A DNA stretch of 64,000 nucleotides from Bacilli bacterium (GCA_045628045.1 JAZQOV010000003.1:85773-149772); one strand, 5' to 3'. Counted from the stretch's first letter, positions 27,754-39,714 are shown. Numbers and translations are program-made. Notes: generated by a model from the letters alone, not told the origin.

Positions 27754-28368
27754 TTATCTATTCTGATGCTCTCTTATTTTATTAACGACAGCGTCTTTAA
27801 CTTCCACTTCATCTGCGTCCCCAATAAAAGGTGAGAAAATTTTACCAGATGTATTTGGATGTTCTTTAGCGTCCATAATCATTGCATTTTTTAACAACTT
27901 CCATTTTGAAGAAAAAATATCAACGCAAATCTCAAGAACAACTTTTAAAATGAACATTAATAACGACAAAGTCGTTAAAACAATAGAAAACGGTTTTATT
28001 GCATCACCAGCAGTTGCTGAATAAAGAGTGTAAAAAGAGCTCACTAAAGCAGCAGCATTTAATAAAATTCTAATCCATGCATAGATGAATCTAAGTTTCT
28101 TATTTGGGTCAGGTTTTTTAAGTTTTTTGAAAATTGCATCTAAGACTGCGTAAATAATTAGAACACATATCAAAATAATATTGATTATTAAGTTACCTGT
28201 ATTTGTGACCAAATTATAAATAACGGTTCCTAATGAGAAAACTAAAAATATCCACTTAATTACCACTAGATAACGTTTAAAATCCTCAACAATAAGTTCA
28301 ATAGCTGTCTTCGTGTTTGAGACTCTTTCTTTTACAAATGAGCCTGCTAATTTTGAAAAAATTCCCAT
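27754..28368 (-). CDS. Membrane protein, unknown function
   Basis: Four TM segments; full-length ORF with RBS. Confidence 0.7.
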   Translation of the reverse strand: MGIFSKLAGSFVKERVSNTKTAIELIVEDFKRYLVVIKWIFLVFSLGTVIYNLVTNTGNLIINIILICVLIIYAVLDAIFKKLKKPDPNKKLRFIYAWIRILLNAAALVSSFYTLYSATAGDAIKPFSIVLTTLSLLMFILKVVLEICVDIFSSKWKLLKNAMIMDAKEHPNTSGKIFSPFIGDADEVEVKDAVVNKIREHQNR

Positions 28369-28388
28369 TTTTGTACCTTCTTTAAATA

Positions 28389-30146
28389 TTATTTAAACTG
28401 TAACTCGTAGAGTTTGTAGTAATAATTTTTGTTTTTTAACAATTCTTCATGAGTTCCGCTTTCGACAATTCGTCCATGTTGCAAACAGATAATTTTATCT
28501 GCATGTTGAATTGTTGAAAGTCTATGCGCAACAACAAGCATTGTGCCAAGCGTGGACATTTTGTTAAGTGAATCTTGAATTAAAACTTCAGTTTCTGTAT
28601 CAATGTTTGCTGTTGCCTCGTCAAGAAGTAAAATCTCTGGTTTATGAAGTATAGTTCTTGCGAACGAAAGGAGTTGCTTTTGACCTTGTGAAAAGTTGTC
28701 ACCACGTTCCACCACATCTTCTTCTAAACCATTATCAAGTTTTTTAATAAAATGATTTGCATTAACATATTCACAAGCTTGATTAATTTCTTCATGAGTA
28801 AATTTGTCCTCGAAAAGTGTAATATTAGCTTTAATATCTCCAGAGAAAAGGAAAACGTCTTGAAGCATTTGTCCAATGCCTTTTCTTAAAGATGATATTT
28901 TAATATCATTTATATCAACATCATCGATTAAGATTTGTCCTTTTTGTGGAACATAAGCCTTAGTTAAAAGCGAGAAAATTGTTGTCTTTCCAGCGCCTGT
29001 TGCACCTACAAATGCACACGTTTCTCCCTTCTTAACAACAAAGCTAACATCCTTCAAAACCCAGTTACGATTGTCATAAGAAAACCAGACATTTTTGAAT
29101 TCGATTTTTCCTTTAAAGTGAGGAACGTCTTTAGCATCAACCTTATCCACTACTTTTGGAGGAACATCAAGTAAAGAGAATAATCTTTCACATGATGTTA
29201 AGGCTCTTTCAATGTGAACATATTGATGAGAAATTTCTTCAATTGGATTAAAGAATTTCGAAATATAAAGATAGAATGCAACAACTGCACCAGCGCTTAA
29301 ACCAACATTTGCAGAGAATAAAAAGACAACAGCAATGCAAAGATAAAGTAAGAAATTAATAAATGGTTTATAAATAGAGAATGAAATCATCATTGAGTAA
29401 CGAGTATCTCTCATCCTTTTATTTTTCAAATAAAATTCATCTTTCATTTTATTTTCTTGATTGAAAATTTGAATGATTTTCATACCTTGAATATCTTCAC
29501 TTAATGCAGTGTTTAAATCAGAAATATAACCTTTTTCTAATCTAAATAATTTTGATGTTCTTCTTCTAAAGAAAATTGAAACAATAAGAACGATTATTGC
29601 AAACCCTAAAACAATTAATGAAAGTTTGACCGAAATCGAAAGCATAATCGCGTATATTCCAACAACTGTCACTAAATTACGAATTAAGTTAACGATTTGA
29701 CTTGTGAAAAGATCACTTAATTGAGATGTGTAAGAACAAACTCTAGTAACTAATGAGCCTGTTGGCATCATGCCAAATTGATCAAGGGACATACCTTGAA
29801 TATGTTCAAATGTTTCAACACGAAGGTTGTATACTACCTTATTGCCGGCTTTTTGCAATAACCAAGTCTCTAAAAATCTAAATGCTTGGTTAATAAGAGA
29901 AATTCCAAAATATGAAATAGCGATAGATATAATAATCTTCAATTGAATATTAACTGGATCTTGTAAATTATCAACAACTTGCTCGATAAATAATGGAAGT
30001 ATAATATCTAAACCAACATTAATAAAGACGACTAAAAGGGCTAATATGATTAGCCAACGAACCGCTTTGAAATACTTGTAGCATTTCTTTAAAAGTTCCT
30101 TAAAAGGGTACTTACGATCGCCAACAAGCTTTTCTTTGTCGTCCAT
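28389..30146 (-). CDS. ABC exporter ATP-binding/permease (heterodimer subunit, consensus site)
   Basis: TMD plus GATGAGKT, FSQGQKQ, LLLDEAT and AHRLST. Confidence 0.93.
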   Translation of the reverse strand: MDDKEKLVGDRKYPFKELLKKCYKYFKAVRWLIILALLVVFINVGLDIILPLFIEQVVDNLQDPVNIQLKIIISIAISYFGISLINQAFRFLETWLLQKAGNKVVYNLRVETFEHIQGMSLDQFGMMPTGSLVTRVCSYTSQLSDLFTSQIVNLIRNLVTVVGIYAIMLSISVKLSLIVLGFAIIVLIVSIFFRRRTSKLFRLEKGYISDLNTALSEDIQGMKIIQIFNQENKMKDEFYLKNKRMRDTRYSMMISFSIYKPFINFLLYLCIAVVFLFSANVGLSAGAVVAFYLYISKFFNPIEEISHQYVHIERALTSCERLFSLLDVPPKVVDKVDAKDVPHFKGKIEFKNVWFSYDNRNWVLKDVSFVVKKGETCAFVGATGAGKTTIFSLLTKAYVPQKGQILIDDVDINDIKISSLRKGIGQMLQDVFLFSGDIKANITLFEDKFTHEEINQACEYVNANHFIKKLDNGLEEDVVERGDNFSQGQKQLLSFARTILHKPEILLLDEATANIDTETEVLIQDSLNKMSTLGTMLVVAHRLSTIQHADKIICLQHGRIVESGTHEELLKNKNYYYKLYELQFK

Positions 30147-31942
30147 TATTTGCCCTCCTTTAATTCATCTTCAAGTTTTTGAAGGTACACCATTTTCTTA
30201 TATGTTGGAGAAATTTTTAATAAATTTGCAGGTGTATCAAATGCCTCAACTTTTCCTTCATCTAATACTAGAATTTTATCCATTTTATTAACTGTAGATA
30301 TTCTAGATGCAATGACGATTGTGGTTTTTCCTTTGCGTAATAACGCAATATTTTCCAAAATTTCTTCTTCTGTTTTAATATCAACAGCACTAACTGAGTC
30401 ATCTAAAATCATAATTGGAGCACGTTTAACATAGGCTCTTGCGATTGCAATTCTTTGTTTTTGACCACCAGAAAGAGAAATACCTCTTTCTCCAGTTAAT
30501 GTTTGGAATTTGTTCTCAAATCCATCAATATCTTTTTTAATTTCAGAAAATTCTGCACCAGCTTCGATAAGAGGGAAAGCTGTATCTTTATTACCAAACC
30601 TAATATTGTTTTCAATCGTGTCTGAGAATAAATAGTTTTCTTGAGGAACTACTGCAATCGCCTGACGCACAGATTTTGTAGTACATTTCATAATATCTTT
30701 ATCATCGATAAAGATTGTGCCTTCTGAAACGTTATATAGACGCGACAAAAGATTAAGAATTGTGGTTTTACCTGAGCCAATTCTTCCAACAATACCAACT
30801 GTTTCTCCAGCGTTTATTTTAAAAGAAATATCTGACAAATAATTTTTACTCTTACCAGGATAAGTGAAATAAAGATGCTTAAATTCAACATTCCCTTTAA
30901 CATTTTCGAGTTCTTTTGCATTCTTGCAATCAGAAATTGTTTCTGGAGCAAACAAGAAATTTTCAATTCTATTTAAAGATGTTTTTGCTCTTGAATGCAT
31001 TGTGATAACTTGTCCAAGTGCGATAAGTGGCCAAACAAGATTTGCGAAATATGAAAAGAAAACAACCAAAGTTGCAGCATCTAATTTAACAACATGCCCA
31101 AATAAAGAAAATCCGCCATCTTTAACTGTTTTAAAAACAAAAAATCCACCAAAACCAAGGATCATAGAGATAACTGCGGCTATGATAATTTCAATACAAA
31201 TATCAAAACCAACACCATACATACCCAAGGTGATATCAGCTTTTTCGTTCTTTCTTGCAATTTTGGAGAATCTAATAAGTTGATGGTTTTCCTTTAAGAA
31301 AGCTTTAATAACTCTAATTCCAGAAAATCCTTCGTCTGTAAAATCATATAGTTCATCAAGCGCTTTTTGTCTACTTAAGTACTTTTCAGACATGATTTTT
31401 TCAACATATAAACCCCAGAAAACAATTAAAATAACTGGTATAAAAATTATGAGTGAAATAACCCAATCAAGAAGAAGCATCTTAATAATACAAAGTATTG
31501 TTAAGAAAATGCCATCAACAAGCATGACTGTGCCCCATCCAAAGTATTCTTGTATTTCTTCTGTATCTTGCGTAATCCAAGACATTAAAGTTCCGGTCTT
31601 AACGTTATGATAATATTCAACATCTAAACGCTCAGCTTTCTCAAACATTTCTTGTCTAAGGCCAAACGCTACACCAGTGGAAACTCTAAATAAGGCTGTT
31701 CTAAATAAAATACGCCCAACAAACATCATGGCGGAAATTACAACTATCTGAATACAAATCTTAGAAACATCGTTGAAAATCTCACTTGCAACATAGTTTT
31801 CATCAAAAAGACTAACAATGTCTCCAAGTAATTCAGGAATATATAAAGAAAGCCAATCAACGCCAATAAGGAAAAGAACACTTACTAATAATAGTAAAAT
31901 ATAGTGTTTATAATACTTTTTTAGTGATTTCCCTAATAACAT
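30146..31942 (-). CDS. ABC exporter ATP-binding/permease (heterodimer subunit, degenerate site)
   Basis: GRIGSGKT and LSGGQKQ; ILDDSVS (E to D) and ASRIS (no switch His). Confidence 0.93.
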   Translation of the reverse strand: MLLGKSLKKYYKHYILLLLVSVLFLIGVDWLSLYIPELLGDIVSLFDENYVASEIFNDVSKICIQIVVISAMMFVGRILFRTALFRVSTGVAFGLRQEMFEKAERLDVEYYHNVKTGTLMSWITQDTEEIQEYFGWGTVMLVDGIFLTILCIIKMLLLDWVISLIIFIPVILIVFWGLYVEKIMSEKYLSRQKALDELYDFTDEGFSGIRVIKAFLKENHQLIRFSKIARKNEKADITLGMYGVGFDICIEIIIAAVISMILGFGGFFVFKTVKDGGFSLFGHVVKLDAATLVVFFSYFANLVWPLIALGQVITMHSRAKTSLNRIENFLFAPETISDCKNAKELENVKGNVEFKHLYFTYPGKSKNYLSDISFKINAGETVGIVGRIGSGKTTILNLLSRLYNVSEGTIFIDDKDIMKCTTKSVRQAIAVVPQENYLFSDTIENNIRFGNKDTAFPLIEAGAEFSEIKKDIDGFENKFQTLTGERGISLSGGQKQRIAIARAYVKRAPIMILDDSVSAVDIKTEEEILENIALLRKGKTTIVIASRISTVNKMDKILVLDEGKVEAFDTPANLLKISPTYKKMVYLQKLEDELKEGK

Positions 31943-32066
31943 ATATAATAAATTTTATTTCAACTTTAGATTTATCTAGCGAATAAATATACGATTATTG
32001 TGAATGTTTATTTACCAATTGTAAAGTTTTTAAATAAAAAAGACCAAATTGGTCTTATTATTTCAT

Positions 32067-32143
32067 TGGTAGCTGAGGTCGGATTTGAACCAACGATCTT
32101 GGAGGTATGAGCTCCCTGCTCTAACCAGCTGAGCTACTCAGCC
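32067..32143 (-). tRNA. tRNA-Met (CAT), elongator
   Basis: GGCTGAG acceptor stem; anticodon loop CTCATAC; canonical T-arm; ACCA end. Confidence 0.92.
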
Positions 32144-32152
32144 AAATAAAAA

Positions 32153-32228
32153 TGGTGGATCTGAAGAGGATCGAACTCTCTACCTCCTGAATGCAAATCA
32201 GGCGCTCTCCCAGATGAGCTACAGACCC
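32153..32228 (-). tRNA. tRNA-Ala (TGC)
   Basis: G3:U70 pair; anticodon loop TTTGCAT. Confidence 0.97.
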
Positions 32229-32299
32229 ACGAGTTATAAGCGATTTCCGCTTACAAGTTATGTATTATACATACAATATTTTCAATAAACAAGAAAAAT

Positions 32300-33265
32300 C
32301 TACTTTTTAACTCCTTGGTATTTTCTTATTGGTAAATATCTAAAAACTTGTTTTTGATAAGTCTCATATTCAACATACTTTTTAACAGAAATACCTTCCG
32401 CCATTCTTGAACTTCCCATAAAAATCATTAAAAGAAGCATCGAACCAACAATTGACCAGTTAAAAATTCCCCCGGTAGCTACACCGCTTCCAATTACAAA
32501 TGTATATAATGAAACCCAAATTCCTTGTTCTCCTAAATAATTAGGATGTCTTGAACGACTCCAAAGTCCACTTGTATTAAATCCACGATTATAAGGTTCA
32601 GGAAGTTCATTAAGTTTTTTGCCTTTATTCAAATACTCATATTTCTTAACTTGGAACTTATTTTGCTCTTTGTCTGCAATAACTTCTAAAAGAAGGAAAC
32701 CAAACATACAGATTGTTGCAATAACATCAACAACTCCAAATTGTTTTGTGCTTTCCATAATCGCAAGTGCTGGAAGAGTTGTGCCTAAGACAACAATATT
32801 TTGAACACCGCTTATGAAAAATAAGTCAAAAAATCCCCAAATAACTTTGTTATCTAAAGGTTTTTGTTTTCTTAAATAAATCCAGCGATAATCTTCTTCT
32901 CCGGTCCAAAATTTAATAGAATAAGCACCTTTTTTAGCGAAGTTATAGGTTAATCTTACACCCCAAAGTGTCACAATAATTGCGATTATTACTAGTCTAA
33001 TTTTCATCTCACCCATTGCTGCGATAACCCAAGTATATACGATTGGAAGAATGCTCCAAAGTTTATCCATTTGTGAGTTATTTCGACTTATTTCACCAAC
33101 AATAAAACAATAAGCCATGCTTGAAACACAAATAATTAAAAGAATATTGAGTGTTTCTTTTTGAAGTTCTGTTAAATTAACTCCTTGGACAAACCCAAGA
33201 ACAATGAAAGCTATTGCAAGAAATAAACTGATAACTAATTTAATTGTTTTCATAGTGCTACCCAC
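32300..33265 (-). CDS. DUF1295 (steroid 5-alpha-reductase-like) membrane protein
   Basis: DKLWS, EDYRW and GLWSRSRHPNYLGE motifs. Confidence 0.9.
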   Translation of the reverse strand: MGSTMKTIKLVISLFLAIAFIVLGFVQGVNLTELQKETLNILLIICVSSMAYCFIVGEISRNNSQMDKLWSILPIVYTWVIAAMGEMKIRLVIIAIIVTLWGVRLTYNFAKKGAYSIKFWTGEEDYRWIYLRKQKPLDNKVIWGFFDLFFISGVQNIVVLGTTLPALAIMESTKQFGVVDVIATICMFGFLLLEVIADKEQNKFQVKKYEYLNKGKKLNELPEPYNRGFNTSGLWSRSRHPNYLGEQGIWVSLYTFVIGSGVATGGIFNWSIVGSMLLLMIFMGSSRMAEGISVKKYVEYETYQKQVFRYLPIRKYQGVKK

Positions 33266-33326
33266 CTAACTAATTTAATTATATATTTTCAAATAAAAAA
33301 ACTCCAATAGGAGTTTATTTTCTAAA

Positions 33327-33403
33327 TGGTCGGGGCGACAGGATTTGAACCTGCGACCTTTTGTTCCCAAAACAAACGCGATACCAAGCTACGCTACGCC
33401 CCG
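33327..33403 (-). tRNA. tRNA-Pro (TGG)
   Basis: CGGGGCG acceptor stem; anticodon loop TTTGGGA. Confidence 0.97.
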
Positions 33404-33427
33404 ATAAATATTTCTGTTAGCTAGAAC

Positions 33428-33504
33428 TGGCGCGCCTGAGATGACTCGAACATCCAACCCTCAGATTCGTAGTCTGATACTCTATCCAGTTGAGCTACAG
33501 GCGC
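33428..33504 (-). tRNA. tRNA-Arg (ACG)
   Basis: Anticodon loop CTACGAA; GCCA end. Confidence 0.97.
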
Positions 33505-33573
33505 GTTTTTTAATTTAAGCGCTCAATTATCTTATCACTATTGATTTAATAATCAAGCGCTTATTAATCTAAA

Positions 33574-33647
33574 TGGAGGTTCCTGTCAGAGTTGAACCGA
33601 CGCTCATTGAGTTGCAGTCAATTGCCTTACCACTTGGCTAAGGAACC
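33574..33647 (-). tRNA. tRNA-Cys (GCA)
   Basis: Anticodon loop CTGCAAC; U73 discriminator. Confidence 0.95.
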
Positions 33648-33693
33648 AGCGCGATAAATTATATCACTCACATAAATATCTAACAAGTTAGAA

Positions 33694-35304
33694 TTATTTT
33701 CTTGCTTCTTCGAGTTTCTTTCTGATTATTTTCTTCGAAACGAAATATGCGATTAAAACAAGTAATGCAACGCCTTCTACGCAAAAGACAATAATTGCCC
33801 ATGTTGGAAGTGCGTTTGTACGAACAGATTCCCACATATCAAGAAGTTTGGCAGTGTCCTCTTCTGGGAAATTGTTCATAATTGCGCATCTATCAAGAGT
33901 TTCCTCAAGAGGATATTGAGCACTTAATTCTCTTCCAACATAATCTGGATCTGCGTATAAAACACAATCTTCTTCAGTGTATTCTTCTAAAGAATCTTTA
34001 AAGAAATACGATAAATCGTATTTAATATAATCTTCATCTTCTACAAGATCTTCCACTAATGTAATTTCACCAGTTTCTTCATCTTCAATTTCGGTTGCAC
34101 CAACAACGCCACGAACATCGTAGCAATCATACATATAATCAAGCATTGCGTCGCCAGCAACTGCAGGTGTGTAACCAACACAATAACAGTTTTGTGCAGC
34201 AATTTCTGGAGTACACATGAACTCAATAAATTCTTCTGCCAATGCATATTGTGCCTTTTCTTTATCGGTTTGATTGGCTTCATCTTTTGCATTTTTTGGC
34301 ATGCAGAAGCAGTCAAACCATAGGTTAGAAGCACCTTTTCCATCTTCTCCTTGATAAGTTGTCGGAATGGAATAATAGAGTTCAAGATCATTATCTCTTG
34401 CTTCAGTAATTGCCCAAGTTGCATCACCACTCCAGCACATATTTGCACCTATTTTTTGAGTGGTCATATCAGTTTTTCCGGAGTCTGTTTCAAAACCAAA
34501 CGCATTGGCCTTAAGTTCGTTCATGTCTTTCTTAACTTCTTCAAAAGTTTGATCGCTATGACGATTAAAAATATCGGTTAATTCTTCATAAGAAGAAACA
34601 TTTGCAATTTCCTCGCCATAAGTATGAATTAATGAAACAGCAAAAGCATCACGAACCGAATCTTTAATTGAGAATGTTCCTTCAAGAACCTCGCCATAAA
34701 GCGAATCCCAGTCTTTCATTAATTCATGAATTTCATCAACTGAAACACCACGATTTTCTTCGTAATATGCTGGGTTATACATAATGCCCATTGTTCCCCA
34801 CATGTATGGAACAGAATAATCAGCAATTTTTGCGGTTACATTATCAACTAAATTTGTTGATTCGATCTTTCCATAAACATCATCGATAAATGGAGAAATG
34901 TTTACCCAAATGTCATCTTTCTTCACAAATTTGTGAAGCATATCATTTGCATAAAGCTTTTGAACCATGTAGTCAGAAGGAATGCAAATGTCGTAAGTTG
35001 TTTTACCAGTTTTGAGTTCATTAAACATGGTTTCGTTTGTATCGAAAGTATCATAAATTACTTCGATTTTTTCACCATATTTTTCGAAATAGTAATCAGC
35101 AAATTGGTCAATCATATCTTCTTGATAATCATGTTCACCAACAGCGTATTCCTCATCGCCTTCTTCATATTCATAAATATAGTCTTCAGAATTTAAAATT
35201 CTGAGGACTCTAGTTTCATTTTTATCATTTGAACAACCTGCTAAAAGAGTTGATGTAAGTAAAGCAAGAGGACAAAGCGAAATTAATTTTTTAAATTTAA
35301 ACAT
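33694..35304 (-). CDS. potD: Spermidine/putrescine ABC transporter substrate-binding lipoprotein
   Basis: Lipobox LAGC; DTNETM, PSDYM, PYMWGTMGI and WSGDA motifs; extra C-terminal TM; operon context. Confidence 0.9.
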   Translation of the reverse strand: MFKFKKLISLCPLALLTSTLLAGCSNDKNETRVLRILNSEDYIYEYEEGDEEYAVGEHDYQEDMIDQFADYYFEKYGEKIEVIYDTFDTNETMFNELKTGKTTYDICIPSDYMVQKLYANDMLHKFVKKDDIWVNISPFIDDVYGKIESTNLVDNVTAKIADYSVPYMWGTMGIMYNPAYYEENRGVSVDEIHELMKDWDSLYGEVLEGTFSIKDSVRDAFAVSLIHTYGEEIANVSSYEELTDIFNRHSDQTFEEVKKDMNELKANAFGFETDSGKTDMTTQKIGANMCWSGDATWAITEARDNDLELYYSIPTTYQGEDGKGASNLWFDCFCMPKNAKDEANQTDKEKAQYALAEEFIEFMCTPEIAAQNCYCVGYTPAVAGDAMLDYMYDCYDVRGVVGATEIEDEETGEITLVEDLVEDEDYIKYDLSYFFKDSLEEYTEEDCVLYADPDYVGRELSAQYPLEETLDRCAIMNNFPEEDTAKLLDMWESVRTNALPTWAIIVFCVEGVALLVLIAYFVSKKIIRKKLEEARK

Positions 35305-36154
35305 TTTCTCTCCCCTTTCTTACCTTGGCTTTTTTATCTTGTTTGTTCTTATAGAACATAACTCCAATGGCAACAAGTAAAACGACAACAAAAATGATTA
35401 ATGTTAATGGACGCATTTCTGGAGGAATTGGTCCTTTCTTTAATTTTGACTGAATTAAAGTTGATAAAGTTTCAATTGTTTTTTCTCCAGAAAGAAGTCC
35501 TGCACCACGAGTAAATGCAGTGACAATAAAGTCATCAAGTGACAAAGTCACTGATAAAAGGAATCCAGATAAAATTCCTGGCATAATTTCAGGAATTATA
35601 ACCTTATATAAACCTTGTCTTGGAGTTGCACCTAAGTCTAAAGCAGCCTCGTAAAGGAATGGATCCATTTGTTGAAGTTTTGGTTTAACTGAAAGATAAA
35701 CAAATGGAAGACCTAAAATTACATGGCCAATAAGTAAGGTCCAGAAATTAAATTCAACTCCAACAAAAACAAACATAACAACGAGTGAAAGTGCAATAAC
35801 AATTTCAGGGTTTGAAACTGGAATTTGAGTTGATAATTCAATAGCTTTTTGAGCTTTCTTCTTTGAGTAGAAAGCGCCAATTGCTCCAAGAGTTCCTAAA
35901 ATTGTTGCGACTAATGCTGAAACAACTGCAACAATGACTGTGTTGCCTAAGGCAACCCAAATCTCATTTGCTATTTTTGTATCACTAAAAAGATTTTGCC
36001 AATAAATTAGCGAAAACCAACTTTCTCCTTCTGCTACACCATCGCCAATTGAGGTGACTCCAGAAAATGAGAAAGCAATTAAAACTAAAATAGGAAGATA
36101 CATCAAAAGTAAAATTAGATAGATGTAACTTTTTGCGAGTATTTTCTTTACCAT
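35297..36154 (-). CDS. potC: Spermidine/putrescine ABC permease
   Basis: EAALDLGA and TLSLDDF motifs. Confidence 0.92.
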   Translation of the reverse strand: MVKKILAKSYIYLILLLMYLPILVLIAFSFSGVTSIGDGVAEGESWFSLIYWQNLFSDTKIANEIWVALGNTVIVAVVSALVATILGTLGAIGAFYSKKKAQKAIELSTQIPVSNPEIVIALSLVVMFVFVGVEFNFWTLLIGHVILGLPFVYLSVKPKLQQMDPFLYEAALDLGATPRQGLYKVIIPEIMPGILSGFLLSVTLSLDDFIVTAFTRGAGLLSGEKTIETLSTLIQSKLKKGPIPPEMRPLTLIIFVVVLLVAIGVMFYKNKQDKKAKVRKGRENV

Positions 36155-36939
36155 AATCCACCTCGCACTTCCTCTGACTTACGACCATTGGTTCCCCACA
36201 TGGTAAGTAAGACAAGAATTAATAAAAGTAATGCAGTAAATGAACCATTATTCCATTGTGAGTTAGCAAAGCTAAGGTAAATAGAATTACCAATTAAAGT
36301 AATGTTTCCTTCACTAAGTGCATCAGAGATAACATAAGATGACATAACTGGCATTAATGTCATTGTGATAGCAGAAATAATTCCTGGTAATGATTGAGGA
36401 ATTACGTTTCTCACAAAAACATTAAATGGAGAAGCCCCTAAGTCTGCTGCTGCTTCCATTTGGCTTCTATCTATTTTTAACATTGTGGAATAAAGAGGAA
36501 GAATAACAAATGGAAGATAGTTATAAACCATTCCAATAAGTGTTGCAGCGTATGGATGATCTCCACCTGTAATTCCAATTGCGAAAAGAATGTCTCTTGT
36601 GGCTGCAGTTCTTAAAACGAAGTTAATCCACATTGGCATTATAAATAGCATTACAAGTACAATATTTTTATTATATTTCTTGCTAGCAAGAAAATAAGCA
36701 ATTGGATAACCAATTAATAAACAAATTATTGTGGTTTGAACTGCTATAAATAGCGATACCATAAGAACATGGAATTTTGATGTATCACTAAAGAATTTTC
36801 TTGCAGCATCAAAAGACAATGATCCTGAAGCATCACTAAATGCATAGTAAGCAATAAGAACCATTGGAATTATGATGAAAAGTGCCATGAAAATGACATA
36901 AGGAATAGAGAAATACTTTCTCTGAAACCTAAATTTCAT
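36148..36939 (-). CDS. potB: Spermidine/putrescine ABC permease
   Basis: [15 protein letters not shown] and EAAADLGA motifs. Confidence 0.92.
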   Translation of the reverse strand: MKFRFQRKYFSIPYVIFMALFIIIPMVLIAYYAFSDASGSLSFDAARKFFSDTSKFHVLMVSLFIAVQTTIICLLIGYPIAYFLASKKYNKNIVLVMLFIMPMWINFVLRTAATRDILFAIGITGGDHPYAATLIGMVYNYLPFVILPLYSTMLKIDRSQMEAAADLGASPFNVFVRNVIPQSLPGIISAITMTLMPVMSSYVISDALSEGNITLIGNSIYLSFANSQWNNGSFTALLLLILVLLTMWGTNGRKSEEVRGGLW

Positions 36940-38437
36940 ATTCAGAAATATCTCCTTTTAATCTAATAGAAACATCTTCTTTTTCAACTTTTAAAGTAAC
37001 GATGTCGTTTTCATGAAGTTCATATTGAGTATCCATGACAAATTCGTCATCTTCTTCGGTTCTTACGATTACTGCGTAGTGGTCTCCTTTATAAAGGATG
37101 CTCACTACTGTACCCTTAATTTGACCTTCATCATTATCATAAATATCGATTTTCTCTTTATCAATTTCGACAGTGAGTTTAGCGCCTTCTAAATCGTATT
37201 TTTTGTTGCCTTTTACAAGATAACCTTCTTCATCAATTTTTGATCCCGGAAGAAGCTTAGTTAAATCAACGTCTAAATAACCATTTGCAACTTCAACAGT
37301 ATTATCTTTTTGAACTTCACAGTTAGGAAAAACGTTTCTAATTTCAAACTTTTTCATAACATGAATTCCATCTGGAACAATGTCGATTGCAAGTTCTTTA
37401 TCTTCATAATTCACAGTTGATTTTGCAACCATTTCATTTTTACCAATTTGAATGAAATATTCGTAATAAATTCCCTTGAAAACCTTTGATGTAACTTCGC
37501 CAAAAATTTTGGAATCTTTAGATTTCTCCGAAATAATTACGTCTTCTGGACGAACGACAACATCAACACGTTCATCTTTGGCGTAATCATCTAAACATTT
37601 CCATTCTTTTCCAAGGAACTTAACCATCTTTTCACCAGTCATTACACCATTTAATAAGTTTGATTCACCAATAAAGTCAGCAACGAAAACGTTCTTTGGT
37701 TCGTTATAAATTTCTTCTGGAGTTCCAACTTGTTGAACAACACCATGATTCATAACAACAATAATGTCTGACATAGTCAAAGCTTCTTCTTGATCATGCG
37801 TAACATAAATAAATGTAATGCCAAGTTTCTTGTGCATTTCTTTTAATTCAATTTGCATGTCTTTTCTCATCTTTAAGTCAAGAGCACCTAAAGGTTCGTC
37901 AAGCAAAAGAATTTCTGGTTTATTAATAATACATCTTGCTATAGCAACACGTTGTTGTTGACCACCCGAAAGAGTTGTGATGTCTCTATCTTCAAGTTCA
38001 TCAAGATCAACAATCTTTAAAGCTCTGGTGACCATTTCGTCAATTTCAGCAGCTTTATAGTGTCTATATTTTGTGACTTTTTCACCTTTTCTATTTGTGG
38101 CTTCGTATGGAACTTTTTTAAATTTAAGTCCGAATGCAACGTTATCATAAACGTCTAAATGTGGAAACAACGCATAGCGTTGGAAAACTGTATTAATTGG
38201 TCTTTTATAAGGTGGAAGTTTTGTGATGTCTTCACCATTTAAAAGAATTGTTCCTCCAGTTGGGAGTTCAAATCCACCAATCATTCTAAGTGTTGTGGTT
38301 TTACCACATCCTGAAGGTCCAAGTATTGTGACAAATTGACCTTTTTTAATGTCTAAAGAAAAATGGTCGACCGCGTTAAAGTCGCCATAACTTTTTACGA
38401 CATTACTTAATGAGATAATTACTTCTTCGGATGCCAT
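36929..38437 (-). CDS. potA: Spermidine/putrescine ABC ATPase with extended TOBE region
   Basis: [27 protein letters not shown] and [10 protein letters not shown] motifs. Confidence 0.95.
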   Translation of the reverse strand: MASEEVIISLSNVVKSYGDFNAVDHFSLDIKKGQFVTILGPSGCGKTTTLRMIGGFELPTGGTILLNGEDITKLPPYKRPINTVFQRYALFPHLDVYDNVAFGLKFKKVPYEATNRKGEKVTKYRHYKAAEIDEMVTRALKIVDLDELEDRDITTLSGGQQQRVAIARCIINKPEILLLDEPLGALDLKMRKDMQIELKEMHKKLGITFIYVTHDQEEALTMSDIIVVMNHGVVQQVGTPEEIYNEPKNVFVADFIGESNLLNGVMTGEKMVKFLGKEWKCLDDYAKDERVDVVVRPEDVIISEKSKDSKIFGEVTSKVFKGIYYEYFIQIGKNEMVAKSTVNYEDKELAIDIVPDGIHVMKKFEIRNVFPNCEVQKDNTVEVANGYLDVDLTKLLPGSKIDEEGYLVKGNKKYDLEGAKLTVEIDKEKIDIYDNDEGQIKGTVVSILYKGDHYAVIVRTEEDDEFVMDTQYELHENDIVTLKVEKEDVSIRLKGDISEYEI

Positions 38438-38652
38438 AAGCTACCCTCCATAACCAAGACAATAAATACGGGAAACAAACTTAATCAAAAATCTAAGTCG
38501 CAAAAATAATAAATAAACCCATCAAAAAAAGCAACAAAATTTTATCAAAAAATTGTACGCTAATATCTAGGGGGTAATCAAAGATTCCCCCCTCTATATT
38601 GTGAATTTTTGTCACTTGTGAAAATTAAAGAAAAAATGTATAATAATTTCCA

Positions 38653-39714
38653 ATGAAAAATTTAGCGAGATTTTTACTCCCAATTGTAATCCTTGGATCT
38701 ACAAATTTAGTAGGCTGCAAAAACAAAGAAGACAAACGCATTCTTCTTTCTTTTGGCGATGTTCATACTGATGGTTATAAATCGATTACAGTTGATGAAC
38801 TTAGTAATGCCATCATTAATAAAGAAAGTTTTATTGTTGTTATTAATACTGAAACATGCGGTTGTTGGGACAAATTTGAACCTAATTTAGCTAAATACGT
38901 TAAAGACAACAAGCTTTTGTGTTATAAAGTTTCCGCTAATGATTTCCTTCACCTTCCAATGAATAATCGTTATGGTCTTTCTGAAGTTACTAGTAGCACC
39001 ACTACTTTTGCAATTTTTGAACAAGGAAATTTGAAACAATCACTCAATACAAATAAGAATAGCGACATCATGTATGAATACAAAAACTTCGAAAAATACA
39101 TGAATGAAACAGTTGTTCTCCCAAAAGTCTTTTTCATAGAAAAAGATGACGTCAATATCATTAAAGAATCCGGAAAAAATGCCATTATTTATTTTGAAAG
39201 AAATGGATGTGGAGATTGTAATACTTTAAATCCAACTATCCTTTACTCATACATTAAAAATAATCCGAATATGAACAACATTTATGTCTTGGATTGCCAA
39301 GATTATTATCGCAAATCAACTGACCCATATTTTGAAAATTATGTTGCATTTAAAAATGAAATGGGGATGGCTATAGAAAATAATCCAGTTTATGGATTTG
39401 GTGCTGGAGTATTTCCGTTCTTCAGTTTTATTGAAAACAAAGAATATAAATCCGGTTGTGTCATTTATAATGACGAACTTGAAACTGTTGATGGAAAAAC
39501 CACAATTAAAAATTCATATTACACCACCGAAAGAAATGAGGTTCTTGATTACACAGATGTTGTGCTTCAAGGAAAAGAAATTCCAGAAAGTGAATTACAA
39601 ACTAATGCTTATGGCTTTAAATCTTGGAGTTATGAATTCCAAAACAAATGCTACGAAGGAATTCTGAAATCATTCCTTGATACAAAATTACCTTTGGTAA
39701 ATTACCTATTCTAA
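38653..39714 (+). CDS. Lipoprotein with two thioredoxin-like segments
   Basis: Lipobox LVGC; TCGCW and GCGDC motifs. Confidence 0.6.
   Translation: MKNLARFLLPIVILGSTNLVGCKNKEDKRILLSFGDVHTDGYKSITVDELSNAIINKESFIVVINTETCGCWDKFEPNLAKYVKDNKLLCYKVSANDFLHLPMNNRYGLSEVTSSTTTFAIFEQGNLKQSLNTNKNSDIMYEYKNFEKYMNETVVLPKVFFIEKDDVNIIKESGKNAIIYFERNGCGDCNTLNPTILYSYIKNNPNMNNIYVLDCQDYYRKSTDPYFENYVAFKNEMGMAIENNPVYGFGAGVFPFFSFIENKEYKSGCVIYNDELETVDGKTTIKNSYYTTERNEVLDYTDVVLQGKEIPESELQTNAYGFKSWSYEFQNKCYEGILKSFLDTKLPLVNYLF

Noticed and set aside
30146-31942. Degenerate Walker B and switch motifs as a pseudogene sign
   Set aside because: Normal for one subunit of heterodimeric ABC exporters.
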